The notes: a model not told the origin generated them from the letters alone. A DNA stretch of 60,291 nucleotides from an uncultured Ectothiorhodospiraceae bacterium (GCA_964443845.1 CAYUFA010000004.1:2706-62996), one strand, 5' to 3'; counted from the first letter of the stretch, positions 10,994-22,450 are shown. Program-made: numbers and translations.

Positions 10994-12233
10994 TGCAGTT
11001 GCCCGTGGCAAGTTTCACACCTATGACCAGGTCGGTTACGTTGGTTCCGGTCGGGCCGGTCACCAGCAGGTCTCCGCTGGCTGCAAGACACCGCCTCGCG
11101 TCGGCCTGTTCCAGGCAGGCCCGGGCACCGACGCCGCGAGCCTGTGCACGGGCGACCGTGCCGCCATCGACGATGGCCCCCGCGGCCTGCGAGTTGCCAT
11201 CCTCGCCATCGCTGCCGGCCGCCAGCAACTCGATATCCCTGCGCCCGGACAGGCGCAGTGCCGCGCTTAGCGCAAGCTGCTGGTTACGGCCGCCCACCCC
11301 CGGGTGCCGGGGGAGCCGGACCGTGGTTTCGCCGCCCCAGAGATAAACACCCGGCTCCACGCCGGCCAGGAAATCCGCGATCCCCGCCCCGCACTGCCCG
11401 GCGTCACCGGCCAGCCCGGGATGCCGGACCCGCGCCGGGTAACCCAGGTCGCGGGCACACTGCGCCGCGGCCGCCAGCGCCATCTCCAGGGTCGCAACGA
11501 TCCGGTAGCTGACTTTGGCCGGCGCCGGAACCCGCTGCGTTTCCGGCTCCAGCAGGTCAGAAATCCATGCGGGCAGGTCCGGCATTGCCCGGGATCCGTC
11601 GCGTGGCGGAAACAGCAGGCCCGAGCCGATCACGGCAGGGTCGTCATCCGGCACATCGGACATCAGCAATACCCTTGCCGGCCGCCCCTGCAGGTAGTGT
11701 AACAACCCGCCCCCCTTGATCGCCGACAGTTGCCGTCTGACCCGGTTGATCGCCACGATATCCAGACCACTGCCCAGTAACCAGTGATTGACACGCTGCA
11801 GGTCTGCCAGGTTGCGCCCTGTGCGCAGCACCTCGACCAGGCTGGAACTGCCGCCCGAAACCAGGAACAGCACCTCCTGCTGCGGCGGACAGGCCTGGAG
11901 AAATGCCAGCAGCTGCCGGCCCGCTGCCAGGCTGCGCGCGTCCGGGAGTGGATGGCCACCCGCCAGGCAGAGCACGCCGGGCCTGCCACAAACGTGCGCA
12001 TGAAGCTGGGCCGCCTTGCTGATCAGCAAGGCACTAACCACGGCGGCGTCCGCGCCCTGGAGCGCACCTTCCAGCATGGATGCGGCTGCCTTCCCGAGCG
12101 CAACGACGGGCGCGCCGGACGAAAGCGGCTGTTCCCGCAATGCCCCGGCAACCCGGTCACTGCCGCGTACCGCAGCAAGCGCACTGTGGAAGATTTTCTC
12201 CAGATGCTGCCGGGCGGCCCGGGGCTCGCTCAT
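10986..12233 (-). CDS. Glycerate kinase / MOFRL family (DUF4147)
   Basis: GKAA, GHPLPD, SGGSSSL, GGETTV, GGRNQ, TGPTGTNVTD. Confidence 0.92.
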   Translation of the reverse strand: MSEPRAARQHLEKIFHSALAAVRGSDRVAGALREQPLSSGAPVVALGKAAASMLEGALQGADAAVVSALLISKAAQLHAHVCGRPGVLCLAGGHPLPDARSLAAGRQLLAFLQACPPQQEVLFLVSGGSSSLVEVLRTGRNLADLQRVNHWLLGSGLDIVAINRVRRQLSAIKGGGLLHYLQGRPARVLLMSDVPDDDPAVIGSGLLFPPRDGSRAMPDLPAWISDLLEPETQRVPAPAKVSYRIVATLEMALAAAAQCARDLGYPARVRHPGLAGDAGQCGAGIADFLAGVEPGVYLWGGETTVRLPRHPGVGGRNQQLALSAALRLSGRRDIELLAAGSDGEDGNSQAAGAIVDGGTVARAQARGVGARACLEQADARRCLAASGDLLVTGPTGTNVTDLVIGVKLATGNCNA

Positions 12234-12266
12234 GCGTGCGTTGTCCCGGTCGGCGGCAGCCCGGTC

Positions 12267-13454
12267 TCAGCCGCCGGCTGCCACCAGGCCACGCGCAAGA
12301 TCAGCCTGCAGGTCCCGCACCGATTCGAGGCCGACTGCGAGACGGATCAGGCCATCGGAGATGCCTGCCTCGGCGCGCTGTTCCGGTGTCAGACGACCGT
12401 GCGTGGTGGTGGCCGGATGGGTGATCGTGCTCTTGGCATCACCCAGGTTCGCCGTAATGGAGAAGATCCGGACCGCATCGATGAATTTCCATGCCTGCTC
12501 ATGACCGCCCTGCAGCTCAAACGAAAACACGGCACCAAAACCGCTCTGCTGGGTTCTGGCCAGTGCATGCCGGGGATGGGACGGCAGGCCGGGATGATAG
12601 ACCCTGGACACACCCGGCTGCGCCTCCAGCCAACGGGCCAGCTCCAGGGCGTTGGCGCAGTGCGCCTGCATGCGCAGGGACAGGGTTTCCAGACCCTTGA
12701 GGAATACCCAGGCGTTGAACGGACTCATGGAAGGGCCGGCCGTGCGCAGGAAACCGTAGACCTCCTTGCCGACATTCTCGCCATTCCCCACCACGGCGCC
12801 CCCGACACAGCGGCCCTGTCCGTCCAGGTACTTGGTCGCGGAATGGACCACGATATCCGCACCCAGCGCCAGCGGCAGCTGCAGGGCCGGGGTGCAGAAG
12901 CAGTTGTCCACGACCAGCAACGCATTGACGGAATGCGCCAGTTCCGCGAGTTGCCGGATGTCCGCCAGCTCGGTCAGGGGATTGGAGGGGGTTTCCAGGA
13001 AAAACAGCCGGGTCTGCGCACGTACGGCGCGCTGCCAGGCCGCGATGTCATCCAGCGCCACAAACGTGGTTTCGATCCCGAACCGCGCCAGGTACGTGCT
13101 GAACAGCACGGTCGTGGTACCGAAAATACTGCGCGATGACACGATGTGATCTCCAGCCTTGAGCAGTCCGGCACAGGTCGCCAGGATCGCCGCCATCCCC
13201 GAAGCAGTGGCAACGCAGGATTCGCCACCTTCCAGCGATGCGAGACGCTGCTCGAAGGTGCGTACGGTCGGATTGGTAAAGCGGGAATAGATGTTGCCGG
13301 GCACTGCCCCGGAGAAACGTGCAGCCGCCTCGGCTGCGGAGCCAAACACGTAGCTCGAGGTCGGGAAGATCGGTTCAGAATGTTCCCCCTCCGCACTGCG
13401 TTGCTGTCCGGCGCGCACCGCCCGCGTGGCAAATTCATACTCTTCAAATGACAT
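12267..13454 (-). CDS. metZ: O-succinylhomoserine sulfhydrylase
   Basis: YSRFTNPT, HSATKYLDGQGR PLP lysine, NLGDAKSTITHPATTTHGRL; downstream of purF. Confidence 0.96.
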   Translation of the reverse strand: MSFEEYEFATRAVRAGQQRSAEGEHSEPIFPTSSYVFGSAAEAAARFSGAVPGNIYSRFTNPTVRTFEQRLASLEGGESCVATASGMAAILATCAGLLKAGDHIVSSRSIFGTTTVLFSTYLARFGIETTFVALDDIAAWQRAVRAQTRLFFLETPSNPLTELADIRQLAELAHSVNALLVVDNCFCTPALQLPLALGADIVVHSATKYLDGQGRCVGGAVVGNGENVGKEVYGFLRTAGPSMSPFNAWVFLKGLETLSLRMQAHCANALELARWLEAQPGVSRVYHPGLPSHPRHALARTQQSGFGAVFSFELQGGHEQAWKFIDAVRIFSITANLGDAKSTITHPATTTHGRLTPEQRAEAGISDGLIRLAVGLESVRDLQADLARGLVAAGG

Positions 13455-13498
13455 CGTCGTCTCCTGTCCCACAGGCTGCTGTCAGATGGAGCGGGCAC

Positions 13499-13532
13499 AA
13501 AAAAACCCGCTTGCAGTTACGCGAAAGCAGGT
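13499..13532 (-). terminator. Intrinsic terminator in the metZ leader (likely riboswitch expression platform)
   Basis: Minus strand ACCTGCTT...AAGCGGGT hairpin followed by a T run. Confidence 0.7.
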
Positions 13533-13537
13533 GCCAT

Positions 13538-13588
13538 CGCTTTAGCTGCATTTATTACGCGCCCGCAAGCTGAATTCAAATCGGCGCT
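13538..13588 (-). ncRNA. SAM-II (SAM_alpha) riboswitch
   Basis: Minus strand GCGCCGATTTGAATTCAGCTTGCGGGCGCGTAATAAATGCAGCTAAAGCG matches the SAM-II pattern (P1, GATTT..TTGC, AAAT-GxAGCTAAA); upstream of a Met biosynthesis gene. Confidence 0.9.
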
Positions 13589-13598
13589 CTGGTCACAG

Positions 13599-13627
13599 AA
13601 TCTAGAGTAGAAAACCCGGGCTGTCAA
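13599..13627 (-). promoter_or_regulatory. sigma70 promoter of metZ
   Basis: TTGACA-N17-TAGATT immediately before the riboswitch. Confidence 0.8.
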
Positions 13628-13641
13628 GACGGTGCTGTGGA

Positions 13642-15153
13642 TCAGGCGGTATTGTGCAGGTCGATCACCTCGCCGTCCTCCTCGCGCCGGTCCTCCTTGG
13701 CCGCGTCGTTGCGTAACTGTTGCAGGCCGCTGAGGTATTCCACGTCCACGTTGCCGGTGATGTACTCGCCGGTAAAGACGGAGTTATCGAATCTCGCGAT
13801 TTCCGGGTTCCCCTTGCCGACGGCGCTGATGAGATCGTCCAGGTCCTGGAACAGCAGCCAGTCGGCTCCGATGGCCTTGCAAACCTCTTCCTCGCTGCAG
13901 CCCGCTGCGATCAGTTCCGTGCTGCTCGGCATGTCGATGCCGTACACGTTCTGGTAGCGCACGGGCGGGGCTGCGGAGGCGAAATACACCTTGTTCGCGC
14001 CGGCATCGCGGGCCATTTCGATGATCTGCGATGACGTGGTACCCCTGACGATCGAATCGTCGACCAGCAGCACGTTCTTGTCGCGGAATTCCAGGTCAAT
14101 TGCATTGAGCTTCTGGCGCACCGATTTCTTGCGCTGCTGCTGTCCCGGCATGATGAAGGTCCGGCCGATGTAACGGTTCTTGATGAACCCCTCACGGTAT
14201 TTCACGCCCAGATGGTTGGCCAGTTGCAGTGCGGAAGTCCGGCTCGTGTCCGGGATCGGAATCACCACGTCGATATCGTGGTCGGGCCATACCCGCTGGA
14301 TCTTTGCGGCCAGTTTCTCGCCCATGCGCAGGCGGGCCTTGTAGACAGAGATCCGGTCAATGATCGAGTCCGGTCGCGCCAGGTACACGTACTCGAAGAT
14401 ACACGGTGACAGGGACGGCTTTTCTGCGCACTGCTGATGGTAAATCCTGCCGTCGAGTGCGGCGAAGATCGCCTCCCCCGGGGCGACATCACCGAGCAGC
14501 TGGAATCCGAGCGCATCCAGTGCCACGCTTTCGGAGGCCATCATGTAATCCACGCCATCCGGCGTTTCGCGCTTGCCATAGACCAGCGGCCGGATGCCAT
14601 ACGGGTCACGGAACGCCACCACGCCGTAACCCGTGATCATGGCAACCGCGGCGTAGGCGCCCTCGCAGCGGCGGTGTACGCCGGCCACCGCGTTGAACAC
14701 ATGGCTGATGTCCATGCGCACTTCCGCGTGACGCTGCAGTTCGTGTGCGAAGACGTTCAGCAGCACCTCGGAATCGGAGTCCGTGTTGATCTGGCGCAGA
14801 TCCTCCTGGAACAGCTCCTCCTTGAGGCGGTTGGCGTTGGTTAGATTGCCGTTATGCGCGAGGCAGATTCCGTACGGTGAATTCACGTAGAACGGCTGCG
14901 CCTCGGCGGAACTCTCGCAGCCCGCGGTCGGGTAGCGAACGTGGCCGATGCCCATGTTGCCCAGCAGGCGGCGCATGTGACGGGTATGGAAAACATCGCG
15001 CACCAGGCCGTTATCCTTGCGCAGGTACATGCGCCGGCCGTCGCAGGTCATGATGCCGGCAGCGTCCTGGCCGCGATGTTGCAGCACCGTCAGCCCGTCA
15101 TAAATGGACTGGTTAACCAGGCTGTGTGCAACAAGGCCGATGATACCGCACAT
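13642..15153 (-). CDS. purF: Amidophosphoribosyltransferase
   Basis: [26 protein letters not shown]. Confidence 0.99.
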   Translation of the reverse strand: MCGIIGLVAHSLVNQSIYDGLTVLQHRGQDAAGIMTCDGRRMYLRKDNGLVRDVFHTRHMRRLLGNMGIGHVRYPTAGCESSAEAQPFYVNSPYGICLAHNGNLTNANRLKEELFQEDLRQINTDSDSEVLLNVFAHELQRHAEVRMDISHVFNAVAGVHRRCEGAYAAVAMITGYGVVAFRDPYGIRPLVYGKRETPDGVDYMMASESVALDALGFQLLGDVAPGEAIFAALDGRIYHQQCAEKPSLSPCIFEYVYLARPDSIIDRISVYKARLRMGEKLAAKIQRVWPDHDIDVVIPIPDTSRTSALQLANHLGVKYREGFIKNRYIGRTFIMPGQQQRKKSVRQKLNAIDLEFRDKNVLLVDDSIVRGTTSSQIIEMARDAGANKVYFASAAPPVRYQNVYGIDMPSSTELIAAGCSEEEVCKAIGADWLLFQDLDDLISAVGKGNPEIARFDNSVFTGEYITGNVDVEYLSGLQQLRNDAAKEDRREEDGEVIDLHNTA

Positions 15154-15186
15154 GACTGGGTGTCCGCCGCTGGCTCCCGGTCCGGA

Positions 15187-15684
15187 TCAGACGTAGCTGA
15201 TGTTCTGGGCGATTTCGTCCGGCAGGTAATTGCGCATCCAGAGCGCAAATTCCTGGAAGTAGCCCAGAAACTGTGAATCTTTCCACCATTGGTCGTGCGG
15301 GAAAGGCGTCAGTCCGGCGAGCAACACCAGAATGGCGACGATCACCCCGCCGCGCGCGACGCCAAATACTATGCCCAGCAACTTGTCGGTAGTACTCAGT
15401 CCGGTCTTCGAGACCAGCTTGCTGGCCAGATAATTCACCACGGTGCCCAGCAACAGAACGGCGACGAACAGCGCGGCGAAAGCGGTGATCTTGCGGGCGG
15501 ATACCAGCGTGATCCAGTGGCCCAGCCACTGGGACAACGGTTCGTAGAAGGTCATTGCCACCCACAGGGCCACCAGCCAGGTCGCCAGGGCCAGCGCTTC
15601 CTTGACGAAACCGCGGAACAGGCTGAGAACTGCGGAGAGTGCAATCAGTGCAATAATGACGATATCGATCCAGGCAATTTGCAT
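15187..15684 (-). CDS. cvpA: CvpA family membrane protein
   Basis: RGFVKEA, DKLLGIVFGVARG; cvpA-purF synteny. Confidence 0.95.
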   Translation of the reverse strand: MQIAWIDIVIIALIALSAVLSLFRGFVKEALALATWLVALWVAMTFYEPLSQWLGHWITLVSARKITAFAALFVAVLLLGTVVNYLASKLVSKTGLSTTDKLLGIVFGVARGGVIVAILVLLAGLTPFPHDQWWKDSQFLGYFQEFALWMRNYLPDEIAQNISYV

Positions 15685-15797
15685 ATCATCCTCACTCGAT
15701 GAGCTTGCTGGGCAACTGACTCGTGACGACCCGTTGCGGGCGCCGGCTCCAGACAGCCATTCTAGCAGCATACCGGCGCCGAGTCGCTATCGGTCAG

Positions 15798-16406
15798 CTA
15801 GCCACCGGCACCGATTTCGATCACGATACCGGTGGTTTTCAACTGCTTCCCGAGTTTGCGCAGCAGGGTCTCGGCGCGCGCGCGGTCGGGTTCGGGGCCG
15901 GCCAGCACCCGGTAGGTGCTGCCCTTGCCGGTGTCCGCCTTCTGTATCTGCACGGCAATCCGTGCCCTGGCAAGCGTGTCACGCAGGCTGGTGGCATTGG
16001 ACAGCTGTCCGAAGCTGCCGAGCTGGGCATACCAGCCCGGTGCCGGCGCGGCAGCCCGTGGGGGCGGGACACTGGCGCGTGCCGGGGCCGGTGCCGGCAC
16101 TGGGGCGGGCTCCGGCTGCGACGGCGCCTTGTCCGCCTGCTGCGGTGCCGCGGCCTGTGGCGGCGCTTGCACCGGCCGGGCTGCGGCCGGCGGCACAGCC
16201 GCCGTATCCTGCGTGGCAGGCTGATCGGTATCTGGAATCGGCAGATCCATCGAGGCGCGGTAGTCCAGTTCCGGGGGCGCCGGGATAGCGTGCGTGCGCG
16301 GCGCCCATTCGTCATCCGGGCCTTCCAGGATCACCGGGATAAAGATGACAGCCAGCGAGACCAGCACGATCGCGCCGACCAGTCGCTGTTTGAGTTGCTG
16401 TTCCAT
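15798..16406 (-). CDS. dedD: SPOR-domain cell division protein DedD
   Basis: LKQRLVGAIVLVSLAVIFIP, C-terminal SPOR (QLGSF, YRVLAGP). Confidence 0.9.
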   Translation of the reverse strand: MEQQLKQRLVGAIVLVSLAVIFIPVILEGPDDEWAPRTHAIPAPPELDYRASMDLPIPDTDQPATQDTAAVPPAAARPVQAPPQAAAPQQADKAPSQPEPAPVPAPAPARASVPPPRAAAPAPGWYAQLGSFGQLSNATSLRDTLARARIAVQIQKADTGKGSTYRVLAGPEPDRARAETLLRKLGKQLKTTGIVIEIGAGG

Positions 16407-16454
16407 AGTCACCTAGTGCGGATATCTGACAATCAGTGGTACTTCCGGCAGAAA

Positions 16455-17720
16455 CTATACCCGAGTTGCGAGCACCTCTGCCACGGTAGCGAAAGAGCCG
16501 CAAACCACGATGCGATCGGCATCCGTCGCGCGCTCCTGTGCAAAGCGGAAGGCATCCGCCGGACAGCGGAACAGGTGCGCGGAACCGGCAGCGGGACCGA
16601 TGCGTTGCTGCAGCTCGCGCGCGCTCATGCCGCGTTCCACCGGCAGGCCGGCCAGGCACCAGATATCCACGCAAGCGCTGATGGCTTGCGCAAAACCGGC
16701 AACGTCCTTGTCTTCCAGCATGCCCAGCACGAGCCAGGTGGTAGCGGAGGTTTTCCGCTGCCGCAACAACGCGGCCAGCCGGGTGGCCCCGTCCGGGTTA
16801 TGGGCCACGTCAACCAGCACCTCGGGCAACCCCGGCAGGACCTGCCCGCGTCCGGCCAGCGTCACCGCACGCAAGCCGTTGCGGATGTCGTCCGTATCCA
16901 GTGGCAGCCGGGGCAGCAGCCGTTCCACGACGGCCAGTACACCGGCGGCATTCTCCAGCTGGTGCGCTCCCTGCAGGCCGGGAGGTGGCAGGCCGGTCCA
17001 TTCCCGCGCCCTGCCCCGGAAGTTCCAGCACGCTCCGGAGCGCGTGGCAGTGAAACCACTGCCGGCTGCATACCAGTCCGCGCCGCTGGATTCGGCCGCC
17101 ACGCGCAGGCTTGCCGGTGGCGACGGGTCGGCACACACCGCGGGCCGGGCGGACCGGAAAATGCCGGCCTTCTCGCGTCCGATGGATTCACGATCGGCGC
17201 CCAGCCAGGCTACGTGATCGATGCCGATACGGGTCACCAGCGCCACGTCGGCATCTACGATATTGACGGCATCCAGCCGCCCACCCAGCCCGACTTCCAG
17301 AATGGCGATATGCGGCTGCACCTGCCGGATCACATACAGCGCGGCCAGCGTGCCGAATTCAAAGTAGGACAGGGAGATCCGCTCCCGGGCCGCGTCGATC
17401 GCCGCAAAGGCAGCACACAGACACGGATCGGAGCACTCCTGCCCGCCGATCCGGACGCGCTCGTTGTAACGCAGCAGGTGGGGCGAGGTATAGCAAACCG
17501 TGCGCCACCCGCCCGCCCGGTAGATGGACTCGAGCATCGCCACACTGGAACCCTTGCCATTGGTCCCCGCGACGACAATCGCCGGACAGGGCAACGGCAA
17601 CAGCCCCATCCGCTTTGCCACCTCCCTGACGCGCTCCAGGCCGAGGTCGATCTTCGAGGAATGCAGCGTTTCCTGCCATGCCAGCCAGTCGGCCAGGCGC
17701 TGAAAACGGGGGGCTTGCAT
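16455..17720 (-). CDS. folC: Dihydrofolate/folylpolyglutamate synthase
   Basis: VAGTNGKGS, YTSPHL, LEVGLGGRLDAVN, DVAHNP. Confidence 0.97.
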   Translation of the reverse strand: MQAPRFQRLADWLAWQETLHSSKIDLGLERVREVAKRMGLLPLPCPAIVVAGTNGKGSSVAMLESIYRAGGWRTVCYTSPHLLRYNERVRIGGQECSDPCLCAAFAAIDAARERISLSYFEFGTLAALYVIRQVQPHIAILEVGLGGRLDAVNIVDADVALVTRIGIDHVAWLGADRESIGREKAGIFRSARPAVCADPSPPASLRVAAESSGADWYAAGSGFTATRSGACWNFRGRAREWTGLPPPGLQGAHQLENAAGVLAVVERLLPRLPLDTDDIRNGLRAVTLAGRGQVLPGLPEVLVDVAHNPDGATRLAALLRQRKTSATTWLVLGMLEDKDVAGFAQAISACVDIWCLAGLPVERGMSARELQQRIGPAAGSAHLFRCPADAFRFAQERATDADRIVVCGSFATVAEVLATRV

Positions 17721-17757
17721 GGACAGCGGAAGTCCGCCGGGCACGGGCACGACGCGT

Positions 17758-18627
17758 TCAGCCAGCGGAGGCTTCCGGCTGCCGGGTCAGGATCGCCAGC
17801 AGGCTGGCCACGCGATCGCGCATCTCGCGGCGATCCATGATCATGTCGATGGCCCCGTGTTCCAGCAGGAACTCGCTGCGCTGGAAGCCGTCCGGCAGGG
17901 TTTCCCGCACGGTCTGCTCGATCACGCGGGGGCCGGCGAATCCGATCAGGGCGTGCGGCTCGGCGATGTTGATGTCACCGAGCATGGCGAAGCTGGCGGA
18001 CACGCCACCCATGGTCGGGTCCGTCAGTACGGAGATAAAGGGAATCCCGGCCTCGGAGAGACGCGCCAGTGCCGCGCTGGTCTTGGCCATCTGCATCAGC
18101 GAGAACAGGGCCTCCTGCATGCGCGCGCCACCGCTGGCGGAGAAACAGATCAGTGGACATTTTTCCTTCAGCGCATGATTGGCGGCACGCACGAAACGCT
18201 CGCCCACGACGGCCCCCATGGACCCACCCATAAAACGAAACTCGAAGGCGACCGCAACCACCGGCAGCTTGTGCAGGGTACCGCGCATCACGACCAGCGC
18301 ATCGGTTTCACCGGTTTCCTTCTGGGCTGCGGTCAGCCGGTCGCGGTACCGCCTGCTGTCCTTGAACTTGAGCACATCCACCGGCTCGATGTTCTTGCCG
18401 AGTTCCCCGGCGGAGCCTTCATCGAGAAACTGGTTGAGACGCAGCCTTGCCCCGATGCGCATGTGGTGGCTGCACTTCGGACAGACATCCAGGTTCCGTT
18501 CCAGCTCGGAGCGGTACAGCACTGCACTGCATCCGTCACACTTGACCCACAACCCCTCGGGTACGGTGCGCTTGTTCCCGCCGACGGTGCGGATCTTGGA
18601 CGGAACAAGTTTGCTGAACCAGCTCAT
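17758..18627 (-). CDS. accD: Acetyl-CoA carboxylase carboxyltransferase beta subunit
   Basis: PEGLWVKC zinc finger, [15 protein letters not shown]. Confidence 0.98.
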   Translation of the reverse strand: MSWFSKLVPSKIRTVGGNKRTVPEGLWVKCDGCSAVLYRSELERNLDVCPKCSHHMRIGARLRLNQFLDEGSAGELGKNIEPVDVLKFKDSRRYRDRLTAAQKETGETDALVVMRGTLHKLPVVAVAFEFRFMGGSMGAVVGERFVRAANHALKEKCPLICFSASGGARMQEALFSLMQMAKTSAALARLSEAGIPFISVLTDPTMGGVSASFAMLGDINIAEPHALIGFAGPRVIEQTVRETLPDGFQRSEFLLEHGAIDMIMDRREMRDRVASLLAILTRQPEASAG

Positions 18628-18669
18628 GGCCGCAATTGTACATCATCACACAGGGGTTGAAGTTCCATT

Positions 18670-19488
18670 TCAGGCTGGCGGGACAGCTGCATCCATCGCC
18701 CTGCGCATGTCGGCCAGGGTGCGGGCCAGGGCCGGCGCGATTTCTGCCGGCCTGTCGGCCAGTGCGGCCACCTGTCCCACCAGCGCACTGCCGACCACCA
18801 CGGCATCCGCCACGGCGGCAACCCGGGCGGCAGACTCGGCGTCGCGGATACCGAATCCGACCCCGACCGGCAGGCGGGTATGCCGGCGCAACTCTTCCAG
18901 CTTGTGGCTGACGTCTGCGACATCCAGGCGATTGGCACCGGTCACACCCTTGAACGAAACATAGTAGAGAAAGCCCGTGGCAAGCCCGCGGACCATGTCC
19001 ATACGTCGGGCATCGCTGGTCGGGGCCAGCAGGAAGATCATGTCCATGGCGTGCGCGTGCAGTGCCGTGGCCAGCCCGGCGGCCTCCTCGGGGGGCATGT
19101 CGACCGTGAGTACGCCATCCACGCCGGCTGCCTGCGCCGCAACGGCAAACGACTCGTATCCCCAGACCTCGATGGGATTCAGGTAGCCCATCAGGATGAC
19201 CGGCGTTGCCGTGTCGGACTCCCGGAAGGAGCGCACCATGTCCAGTACCCGGTGCAATGAAACATGGTGCCGGAGTGCACGCTCGCAGGCGGCCTGGATG
19301 ACCGGCCCGTCCGCCATGGGATCGGAAAACGGTACGCCGATTTCCAGCAGGTCGGCACCGGCGGCGACCAGCGCATGCAGCAGCGGCACGGTGACGGAAG
19401 GCTCCGGATCGCCCGCAGTGATGTAGGGGATCAGCGCCTTGCGCCGTGCCACGGCCAGTTGTTCGAAGCATCCTGCGATCCGGCTCAT
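18670..19488 (-). CDS. trpA: Tryptophan synthase alpha chain
   Basis: [26 protein letters not shown]. Confidence 0.98.
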   Translation of the reverse strand: MSRIAGCFEQLAVARRKALIPYITAGDPEPSVTVPLLHALVAAGADLLEIGVPFSDPMADGPVIQAACERALRHHVSLHRVLDMVRSFRESDTATPVILMGYLNPIEVWGYESFAVAAQAAGVDGVLTVDMPPEEAAGLATALHAHAMDMIFLLAPTSDARRMDMVRGLATGFLYYVSFKGVTGANRLDVADVSHKLEELRRHTRLPVGVGFGIRDAESAARVAAVADAVVVGSALVGQVAALADRPAEIAPALARTLADMRRAMDAAVPPA

Positions 19489-20705
19489 ACCTCGATGCCC
19501 TCCAGTGCCGCGACGGTATGCACGTCCTTGTCACCACGCCCGGACAGGTTCACCACGATGATCCGGTCCTTGTCCATGTCCGCCGCGATCCGCACCGCGT
19601 GGGCGATAGCATGACTCGATTCCAGTGCCGGCATGATGCCCTCCACACGGGTAAGCTGGTGGAATGCCTGCATGGCCTCGCTGTCGGTAACGGCGCTGTA
19701 AAGCGCCCGGCCGCTGTCCTTCAGCCAGGCATGCTCCGGCCCCACGCCGGGATAATCCAGTCCGGCCGAGATGGAATGGGTCTCGATGATCTGGCCGTCC
19801 GAATCTTCCATCAGGTAGGTCCGGTTGCCGTGCAGCACACCCGGCCGGCCGGCCGTCAGCGGCGCGGCGTGCCGCCCCGTGGCGACACCGTCGCCTCCGC
19901 CCTCGATACCGTGCATGGCCACGCCGGGGTCACCGATAAAGGGATAAAACAGCCCGATGGCGTTCGAGCCGCCACCCACGCAGGCCACCAGCACATCCGG
20001 GAGCCGGTCCTCGGCCGCCAGGATCTGTGTGCGGGTCTCCCGTCCGATGACCGCCTGGAAGTCCCGTACCATCGCCGGGTACGGGTGGGGACCGGCCACC
20101 GTGCCGATGATGTAGAAGGTGTTGTCCACGTTGGTCACCCAGTCACGCAACGCTTCGTTGAGGGCATCTTTCAGGGTCTTTGATCCCGAGGTGACCGCCA
20201 CCACCCGTGCGCCGAGCAGGCGCATGCGATAGACGTTGATGGCCTGCCGGCGCATGTCCTCCTCACCCATGTAGACCACACATTCCATGCCCAGGCGAGC
20301 GGCCACCGTGGCCGAGGCGACGCCGTGCTGGCCGGCTCCGGTTTCGGCGATGATGCGCGTCTTGCCCATGCGTTTCGCCAGCAACGCCTGACCGACCGTG
20401 TTATTGATCTTGTGCGCGCCGGTGTGATTGAGGTCCTCGCGCTTGAGGTAGATACGTGCACCACCTACCTGCTGCGTGAGCCGTTCGGCGTAGTACAACG
20501 GTGACGGTCGCCCGACATAGTTCGCCAGATCGGCGTCCAGTTCGGCGAGAAAATCCACATCCCGGAGATACCGGTGGTAGGCGTCCGTCAGCTCCTCCAG
20601 CGGCGGCATCAGGGTTTCGGCCACGAAGCGTCCCCCGTAGACGCCGAAATGTCCGCTCTCGTCCGGCAGGTCTGCAGCGGCCGTGTCGTTACCAGTCTGT
20701 TTCAC
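19485..20705 (-). CDS. trpB: Tryptophan synthase beta chain
   Basis: [28 protein letters not shown]. Confidence 0.99.
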   Translation of the reverse strand: MKQTGNDTAAADLPDESGHFGVYGGRFVAETLMPPLEELTDAYHRYLRDVDFLAELDADLANYVGRPSPLYYAERLTQQVGGARIYLKREDLNHTGAHKINNTVGQALLAKRMGKTRIIAETGAGQHGVASATVAARLGMECVVYMGEEDMRRQAINVYRMRLLGARVVAVTSGSKTLKDALNEALRDWVTNVDNTFYIIGTVAGPHPYPAMVRDFQAVIGRETRTQILAAEDRLPDVLVACVGGGSNAIGLFYPFIGDPGVAMHGIEGGGDGVATGRHAAPLTAGRPGVLHGNRTYLMEDSDGQIIETHSISAGLDYPGVGPEHAWLKDSGRALYSAVTDSEAMQAFHQLTRVEGIMPALESSHAIAHAVRIAADMDKDRIIVVNLSGRGDKDVHTVAALEGIEV

Positions 20706-21319
20706 AACCCTCTCGCTCCTTTCATGAATGCCCTGATGCGGGCGGCGGACTTGATACCGGGTGCGGATTCCACGCCACTGCTGACATCGACTGCATAGGG
20801 ATGCACGCGCCGGATTGCGTCCGCCACGTTGTCCGGGGTCAGCCCGCCGGCCAGCACGACCGGCCGCCTGACGCCGGCCGGAATGATATCCCAGTCAAAT
20901 GTCCTGCCGCCGCCGCCATGCACGTCCGGCTGCCACCGGTCCAGCAGGAATCCGCTGGCGTCCGGGTAGTCTGCCATCCTGCGCAGGCACTGCGTGGCGG
21001 ATTCCATCGCAATCGACTTGATGAAAGGAACGCCGTACCGCACACAGTCAGCGTTCGCTTCATTGCCATGGAACTGCAACAGGCCAAGCGGCACGGCGGA
21101 CAGCACCTCCCGGACGGTGGCCTCGGCGGCATCGACGAACAGGCCGGTAGCGGTCACGAACGGCCCGAGGGCGGCAGCGATCCCGGCCGCCTGTCCGGGT
21201 TCGACGTAGCGCGGACTGCCCGGATAGAACACCAGGCCGATGGCATCCGCGCCGGCATCGACTGCCGCGGCCGCATCTTCCGGTCGGGTGATTCCGCAGA
21301 TTTTTACACGGGTTCGCAT
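20702..21319 (-). CDS. trpF: Phosphoribosylanthranilate isomerase
   Basis: [27 protein letters not shown]. Confidence 0.97.
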   Translation of the reverse strand: MRTRVKICGITRPEDAAAAVDAGADAIGLVFYPGSPRYVEPGQAAGIAAALGPFVTATGLFVDAAEATVREVLSAVPLGLLQFHGNEANADCVRYGVPFIKSIAMESATQCLRRMADYPDASGFLLDRWQPDVHGGGGRTFDWDIIPAGVRRPVVLAGGLTPDNVADAIRRVHPYAVDVSSGVESAPGIKSAARIRAFMKGARGL

Positions 21320-21324
21320 CCTGA

Positions 21325-21593
21325 CTAGAACCTGTCTCATCATTCCACGCGGCCGCGACCGTGGCGATTTTTGTTTCCGGCAAGGCGCGGCGAGCGCGGT
21401 GCAGCCATAGCTGCATGAGCGGGCCGCACCACCGCCAGGGGCAAAAATCGCCCGGTCCCAAAGGGTTGCGTCTGAAACCCGGTCCTGCTGCGTTGCCTCG
21501 CCTGCCCGTACATCACGCACTGTGCTGCGCGCTGCGCCGTGCAGGACCGGGCTTCAGCCAGCAACGCGGCTCACGCGGAATGATGAGACAGGT
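21325..21593. mobile_element. MITE-like / palindromic repeat element (non-autonomous, right end degenerate)
   Basis: 17-bp terminal inverted repeats ACCTGTCTCATCATTCC (21330-21346) / GGAATGATGAGACAGGT (21577-21593); CTAG at left flank; two internal long hairpins. Confidence 0.7.
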
Positions 21594-21670
21594 GCCGCGT
21601 GACCATCATATCGGTGGAAGGACGAATATACAAAATATCAACGGCCGGGCACCACTCGCGGTGCATGGCT

Positions 21671-22450
21671 TCAACCGTATACAGGCAACCAGCCGGTCGC
21701 CGGGATCTGGAAGGTAACTGGATATTCCACCCTGACCAGATACAGGCCGGCAGCCGGCGCATTGACTCCGGCCCGGGTGCGGTCTCTTGCGGCAAGCACC
21801 TCCTCCATCCAGCCTGGCGGGCGGTCCCCGACCCCGATGCTGATCAGCATGCCGGCGATGCAGCGCACCATGTGGTGAAGAAAGGCATTGGCCTCGACGT
21901 CGATGTACACCCAGTCACCCGAACGCGTCACGTCCAGCCGGTGGATGGTGCGGACCGGTGTCTTCGCCTGGCAGGCCGCCGCCCGCAACGAGGTGAAGTC
22001 GTGTTCACCGAGCAGGGCCGATGCCGCCGCCCGCATCACCTGCAGGTCCAGCGGCTGACGCACGTGGCAGACCAGGTGCCGCAGGATGGCCGGCGACGTT
22101 GTTGTGCTGCTGATGACATACCGGTAGTGGCGGCGCCGGGCACTGAACCGGGCATGGAAACCATCCGCTACCGGCCTTGCCCACTGGATGCGGATGTCGT
22201 GCGGCAGGTGGCTGTTGCCACCGCGCAACCAGCTGTCCGTGCCGCGTACTGCCCGGGTATCGAAATGCACCACCTGCCCGGTTGCGTGCACGCCGGTGTC
22301 GGTTCGGCCGGCACAGACCACTTCCACGGGAGCGTCGGCAACCCGGGCCAGCGCGGTTTCCATGCTGGCCTGTACGGTTCGGCCCGAGGACTGGCGTTGC
22401 CATCCGGAAAAACCGGACCCTTCGAATTCCACACCCAGGGCAAAGCGCAT
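21671..22450 (-). CDS. truA: tRNA pseudouridine(38-40) synthase
   Basis: GWQRQ, CAGRTDTGVHA, FHARFSA, AFLHHMVR. Confidence 0.98.
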   Translation of the reverse strand: MRFALGVEFEGSGFSGWQRQSSGRTVQASMETALARVADAPVEVVCAGRTDTGVHATGQVVHFDTRAVRGTDSWLRGGNSHLPHDIRIQWARPVADGFHARFSARRRHYRYVISSTTTSPAILRHLVCHVRQPLDLQVMRAAASALLGEHDFTSLRAAACQAKTPVRTIHRLDVTRSGDWVYIDVEANAFLHHMVRCIAGMLISIGVGDRPPGWMEEVLAARDRTRAGVNAPAAGLYLVRVEYPVTFQIPATGWLPVYG

